Assembly (NCBI RefSeq): GCF_900079115.1 | Contig: NZ_LT549890.1 | Span: 120,001 to 152,000 of the forward strand | Direction of reading: 5' to 3' | Length of the DNA stretch: 32,000 nt | Source of the DNA: Saccharolobus solfataricus | Lineage (GTDB): Archaea > Thermoproteota > Thermoprotei_A > Sulfolobales > Sulfolobaceae | Shown here: positions 28,311 through 32,000 of the stretch, one piece after another | Numbering within the stretch: the stretch's first letter is position 1 | Layout of the letters: each line of letters begins with the position of its first letter | Notes under the pieces: generated by a model | Database searches by the model: none | Told to the model about the DNA's origin: nothing | Seen by the model: only the letters and a program-made list of their open reading frames with translations | Program-made: the position numbers and the translations under genes

Positions 28311-30620
28311 TTGAGCGCTAGTTCTGGAGAGGAACAGAAGCCGCAAAGAAAGGAGTTAATACTTAGAGTAATGGAAGCAAGACAAAAAGATGTCGGGAGA
28401 GGGAAAGTAAGAATTGATATTGATTTACTCTCACAAATTGATGTAAGCCCGGGTGATGTAGTCGAAATTGAAGGAACCAGAAAGACCGCTGCGCTTGCAT
28501 GGCCTTTGTCGCCAGAAGATACAACAACTGGAGAAAAAGACATAATAAGAATGGATGGAATTACTAGGAAAAACGCTGGTGTCTCGATTGGAGATAAGGT
28601 TATAGTACGGAAAGCAATTGTAAAACCAGCCAGCACAGTAAAATTAGCACCATCTAACTTCTCAATTACCGTAGATCCAGGTTTCATCAGTTATGTTAAG
28701 AAACGATTAAAAGAATTCCCCCTAGTTGAAGGGGATACAGTATTAATTCCAGTTCTAGGACAAGCTATACCGTTTACTGTGGTTCAAGTCAAACCTGCAG
28801 GTATAGTTCTAGTAAATGACGATACAATAATAAGCATATCTGATAAGCCAGTAGAACCTTCCAGATATCCCAGAGTTACCTATGAAGATATAGGTGGAAT
28901 GAAAAATATTATAGAAAAAGTTAGAGAGTTAGTAGAACTACCCTTAAGACATCCAGAACTGTTCAAGAGATTAGGAATAGAACCGCCTAAGGGCATACTA
29001 CTATATGGCCCACCTGGAGTTGGAAAGACGTTACTCGCTAAAGCTATAGCTAACGAGACTGATGCCTACTTCACTTCAATTAATGGACCAGAAATAATGA
29101 GTAAATTCTATGGGGAAAGTGAGCAAAGATTAAGAGAAATATTTGAAGATGCCAAAAAACATGCTCCTGCGATAATATTCGTAGATGAAATAGACGCAAT
29201 AGCACCGAAAAGAGACGAAGTAATAGGAGAAGTAGAAAGAAGAGTTGTTGCACAGTTACTCACCCTAATGGATGGACTTGAAAATAGAGGAAACGTGATA
29301 GTTATAGCAGCTACCAATAGACCTAGTGCTGTTGATCCAGCATTAAGAAGACCGGGAAGATTTGATAGGGAAATAGAAATACCATTACCAGATAAGCAAG
29401 GAAGATTAGAAATATTACAAATCCACACAAGGAATATGCCATTATCTAAGGATGTTGACCTAGAAAAGCTTGCAGATATGACACACGGATATACTGGTGC
29501 TGATTTGTCTGCATTAGTAAGAGAAGCTGCAATGAATTCCTTAAGAAGATATTTACCAAAGATAGATTTGAACCAAGATAAGATACCTCCAGAGATATTA
29601 GAGTCTATGGAAGTTAAGATGGAGGATTTCATAAATGCATTCAAGGAAATAGTACCGAGTGGCTTAAGGGAAATTTACATAGAAGTTCCTGAGGTTAAAT
29701 GGACAGATATAGGTGGACTTGAAGAAATAAAAGAAGAGCTAAAAGAAGTAGTTGAATATCCCTTGAAATACTCAGAGCTATACCAAAACTCTGGTATAGA
29801 GCCACCTAAGGGTATATTGTTATTTGGTCCACCCGGAACTGGAAAGACAATGCTAGCGAAGGCTGTGGCGACTGAAAGCGGAGCAAATTTCATAGCAGTG
29901 AGAGGGCCAGAAATATTATCCAAATGGGTAGGTGAAAGTGAAAAAGCAGTTAGAGAAATATTTAGAAAAGCTAGAATGTATGCTCCAGCTGTAATATTCT
30001 TTGACGAAATAGATTCAATAGCGCCAATAAGGGGAATTTCTTATGATTCCGGAGTAACAGAGAGAATAGTAAATCAGCTATTAGCGGAAATGGATGGAAT
30101 AGAAAAATTAGAGAATGTGGTAGTTATAGCTGCAACTAATAGACCAGATATCTTAGATCCAGCATTGCTAAGACCCGGTAGGTTTGAGAAATTAATCTAT
30201 GTACCCCCACCAGATAAGAGGGCAAGGACAGAAATATTAAAGGTGCATACTAGGAACATAGCGCTAGGTGAGGATATCAGCTTAGAGGACGTAGCTGAAA
30301 AGACTGAAGGCTACACCGGAGCTGACTTAGCAGCGTTAGTAAGAGAAGCTACAATGAGAGCTATAAGAGAGAGCATGAAAATATGTATAGATAAGACTAA
30401 CGAGAATTGTAAACCTACAGATGCTGAATGCAGAGATAAGACTATGAAAGAATGTATGAAGGTTAACGGGGTTAAGGTTTCCCTAAGACATTTCGAAGAG
30501 GCTATGAGGAAAGTTAAACCATCAGTTACACAAGATATGTTGCAATTCTATCAAAATTGGGTGGAAAAAGCTAGGCAACAATTGCCAAAAACTACTGTTA
30601 AACCAAGTACATATGCGTGA
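28311..30620 (+). CDS. cdc48: CDC48/VCP/p97-type AAA+ ATPase (N domain plus D1 and D2)
   Basis: Two complete AAA modules (GPPGVGKT...[16 protein letters not shown]...VIFFDEID) after a double-psi-barrel N domain (RLRVMEA..VRIDIDL). TTG start. Confidence 0.95.
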   Translation: MSASSGEEQKPQRKELILRVMEARQKDVGRGKVRIDIDLLSQIDVSPGDVVEIEGTRKTAALAWPLSPEDTTTGEKDIIRMDGITRKNAGVSIGDKVIVRKAIVKPASTVKLAPSNFSITVDPGFISYVKKRLKEFPLVEGDTVLIPVLGQAIPFTVVQVKPAGIVLVNDDTIISISDKPVEPSRYPRVTYEDIGGMKNIIEKVRELVELPLRHPELFKRLGIEPPKGILLYGPPGVGKTLLAKAIANETDAYFTSINGPEIMSKFYGESEQRLREIFEDAKKHAPAIIFVDEIDAIAPKRDEVIGEVERRVVAQLLTLMDGLENRGNVIVIAATNRPSAVDPALRRPGRFDREIEIPLPDKQGRLEILQIHTRNMPLSKDVDLEKLADMTHGYTGADLSALVREAAMNSLRRYLPKIDLNQDKIPPEILESMEVKMEDFINAFKEIVPSGLREIYIEVPEVKWTDIGGLEEIKEELKEVVEYPLKYSELYQNSGIEPPKGILLFGPPGTGKTMLAKAVATESGANFIAVRGPEILSKWVGESEKAVREIFRKARMYAPAVIFFDEIDSIAPIRGISYDSGVTERIVNQLLAEMDGIEKLENVVVIAATNRPDILDPALLRPGRFEKLIYVPPPDKRARTEILKVHTRNIALGEDISLEDVAEKTEGYTGADLAALVREATMRAIRESMKICIDKTNENCKPTDAECRDKTMKECMKVNGVKVSLRHFEEAMRKVKPSVTQDMLQFYQNWVEKARQQLPKTTVKPSTYA

Positions 30621-30868
30621 AACTAATGTGGAGAAGTGTACCATTATATAATATTGTTTTAGAAAAGATCTTAGATAAAATAAAGAAGAATAACAATAAT
30701 ATAAGAGATGATGATCTTTTTAAAGAAGTAAGAAATTCGACAAACTATGAAGTATCTTATGATGATTTCTTAAGAGCCTTAATGGCATTGGAGATTAGAG
30801 GTTATATATCGGTTTCACTAATTAAAGAAAATGTAAGAATGATAACTTATTTAGGTGATAAGGAATAG
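30617..30868 (+). CDS. Hypothetical small protein (83 aa), possibly winged-helix-like, coupled between cdc48 and fen1
   Basis: The GTG start overlaps the cdc48 TGA (GTGA). Its TAG stop overlaps the inferred fen1 start (ATAG). [16 protein letters not shown] is wHTH-like by eye only. Confidence 0.55.
   Translation: MKLMWRSVPLYNIVLEKILDKIKKNNNNIRDDDLFKEVRNSTNYEVSYDDFLRALMALEIRGYISVSLIKENVRMITYLGDKE
30854..30859 (+). promoter_or_regulatory. Shine-Dalgarno GGTGAT, 5 nt upstream of the inferred fen1 initiation codon
   Basis: ttaGGTGATaaggaATAgga. GGUGAU is complementary to the conserved 3' end of Sulfolobus 16S rRNA (…AUCACCUC…). Confidence 0.5.
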
Positions 30869-31920
30869 GAGTAGATTTAGCAGATTTAGTAAAAGATGTA
30901 AAAAGAGAGCTTTCGTTTTCTGAACTTAAAGGAAAGAGGGTAAGTATCGATGGATATAATGCGTTATATCAGTTTTTAGCTGCAATAAGACAACCGGATG
31001 GAACTCCCTTAATGGATTCACAGGGGAGAGTAACTAGTCATCTAAGTGGATTATTTTATAGAACGATAAATATCCTAGAAGAAGGTGTCATACCAATCTA
31101 CGTCTTTGATGGTAAACCGCCAGAGCAAAAAAGTGAAGAGTTAGAAAGAAGGAGAAAGGCAAAAGAAGAAGCTGAGAGAAAGTTAGAAAGAGCCAAAAGC
31201 GAAGGGAAGATAGAGGAGCTAAGGAAATATTCACAAGCTATACTTAGATTATCAAATATCATGGTAGAAGAAAGTAAAAAATTGTTGAGAGCTATGGGAA
31301 TACCTATAGTTCAAGCACCTTCTGAAGGAGAGGCTGAGGCTGCATATCTGAATAAATTAGGATTAAGCTGGGCAGCAGCAAGTCAAGATTATGATGCGAT
31401 ACTTTTCGGAGCTAAAAGGCTAGTAAGAAATTTGACAATTACAGGGAAAAGAAAGCTTCCTAACAAGGACGTATATGTGGAGATAAAACCAGAATTAATA
31501 GAAACGGAAATCTTACTTAAAAAATTAGGAATAACAAGGGAACAACTAATTGATATAGGCATATTAATTGGAACAGACTATAATCCTGATGGAATAAGGG
31601 GCATAGGACCAGAAAGAGCACTAAAGATAATAAAAAAATACGGCAAGATAGAAAAAGCAATGGAATATGGTGAAATTTCAAAAAAGGATATTAATTTCAA
31701 TATCGATGAAATTAGAGGTTTATTTTTGAATCCACAAGTAGTTAAACCAGAGGAAGCTTTAGATTTGAATGAACCTAACGGAGAAGATATAATTAATATC
31801 TTAGTATATGAACATAACTTCAGTGAAGAAAGAGTGAAGAATGGAATTGAAAGATTAACTAAAGCAATAAAAGAAGCTAAAGGAGCGTCTAGACAAACAG
31901 GATTGGACAGATGGTTTTAA
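30865..31920 (+). CDS. fen: Flap endonuclease FEN-1, full length with a non-canonical ATA start (the ORF track shows only the 31012 ATG-initiated part)
   Basis: The frame is open from the TAA at 30859-30861. Translation (I/M)[55 protein letters not shown]... is collinear with archaeal FEN-1 N-termini (MGV...IDxxNxxYQFL..IR..DG.PL). The C-terminal QTGLDRWF is the PCNA-interaction motif. Confidence 0.9.
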   Translation: MGVDLADLVKDVKRELSFSELKGKRVSIDGYNALYQFLAAIRQPDGTPLMDSQGRVTSHLSGLFYRTINILEEGVIPIYVFDGKPPEQKSEELERRRKAKEEAERKLERAKSEGKIEELRKYSQAILRLSNIMVEESKKLLRAMGIPIVQAPSEGEAEAAYLNKLGLSWAAASQDYDAILFGAKRLVRNLTITGKRKLPNKDVYVEIKPELIETEILLKKLGITREQLIDIGILIGTDYNPDGIRGIGPERALKIIKKYGKIEKAMEYGEISKKDINFNIDEIRGLFLNPQVVKPEEALDLNEPNGEDIINILVYEHNFSEERVKNGIERLTKAIKEAKGASRQTGLDRWF

Positions 31921-32000
31921 TACTTTAAAGTTAAACTTAAAGTTATCCATTAATATCTACTACCTTGTGATTACAAAGGATTATTATCCAATTTTTATAG

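Noticed and set aside
28235-29923. ORFs 28235-28687(-), 29108-29644(-) and 29675-29923(-)
   Set aside because: Long antisense frames opposite cdc48, with a Ser/Ile-rich low-information composition. The sense strand is unequivocally an AAA+ ATPase.
31012-31920. fen1 gene model starting at the first ATG (302 aa)
   Set aside because: It would delete the conserved N-terminal about 49 residues, which are encoded in frame immediately upstream. The 30865 model is preferred.

Overview
AT-rich crenarchaeal chromosome, almost certainly Sulfolobales (Saccharolobus/Sulfolobus solfataricus-islandicus-like). This rests on intron-containing tRNAs, a LysW carrier-protein lysine/arginine cluster, archaeal translation and replication genes, and a pRN/SSV-type integrated element. 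Positions 1-3170 are the right-hand part of an integrated pRN-type plasmid. It carries a prim-pol RepA N-terminus that runs off the window, a CopG-like RHH gene, a PlrA-sized gene and small ORFs. It ends in a partitioned SSV-type integrase whose reading frame runs through a 45-nt copy of the 3' half of tRNA-Val(CAC), which is the att site. The rest is mostly core chromosome: tRNA-Lys(UUU), a frameshifted ArsB/NhaD permease, several uncharacterised genes, a PHI-like SIS isomerase and a membrane-anchored VirB4/HerA-type ATPase that I read as CedB (DNA-import system). Then come lysY-lysZ-lysM / lysW-lysX-lysJ-lysK, uppS, rps8e, srp19, an SDR epimerase, tRNA-Lys(CUU), an ECF-type transporter, a diverged ThDP enzyme and a class-II tRNA whose intron I could not resolve. 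The window ends with rpl40e, a KH protein, aspS, truD, pth2, a Zn-ribbon protein, EF-1beta, cdc48, a small coupled ORF and fen1. I saw no CRISPR array and no rRNA. Three small genes missing from the ORF track were found by hand translation: lysW, rpl40e and the copG-like gene. The points most worth a second look are: (a) fen1 has no ATG/GTG/TTG for its conserved N-terminus and seems to start at ATA behind a perfect Shine-Dalgarno; (b) the permease is split at an A8 run; (c) an 18-bp palindrome occurs three times in the plasmid control region; (d) the CedB locus has a convergently overlapping unknown gene; (e) the unresolved tRNA. I found no clearly novel multi-gene system. Family assignments come from motif recognition by eye, not from searches.
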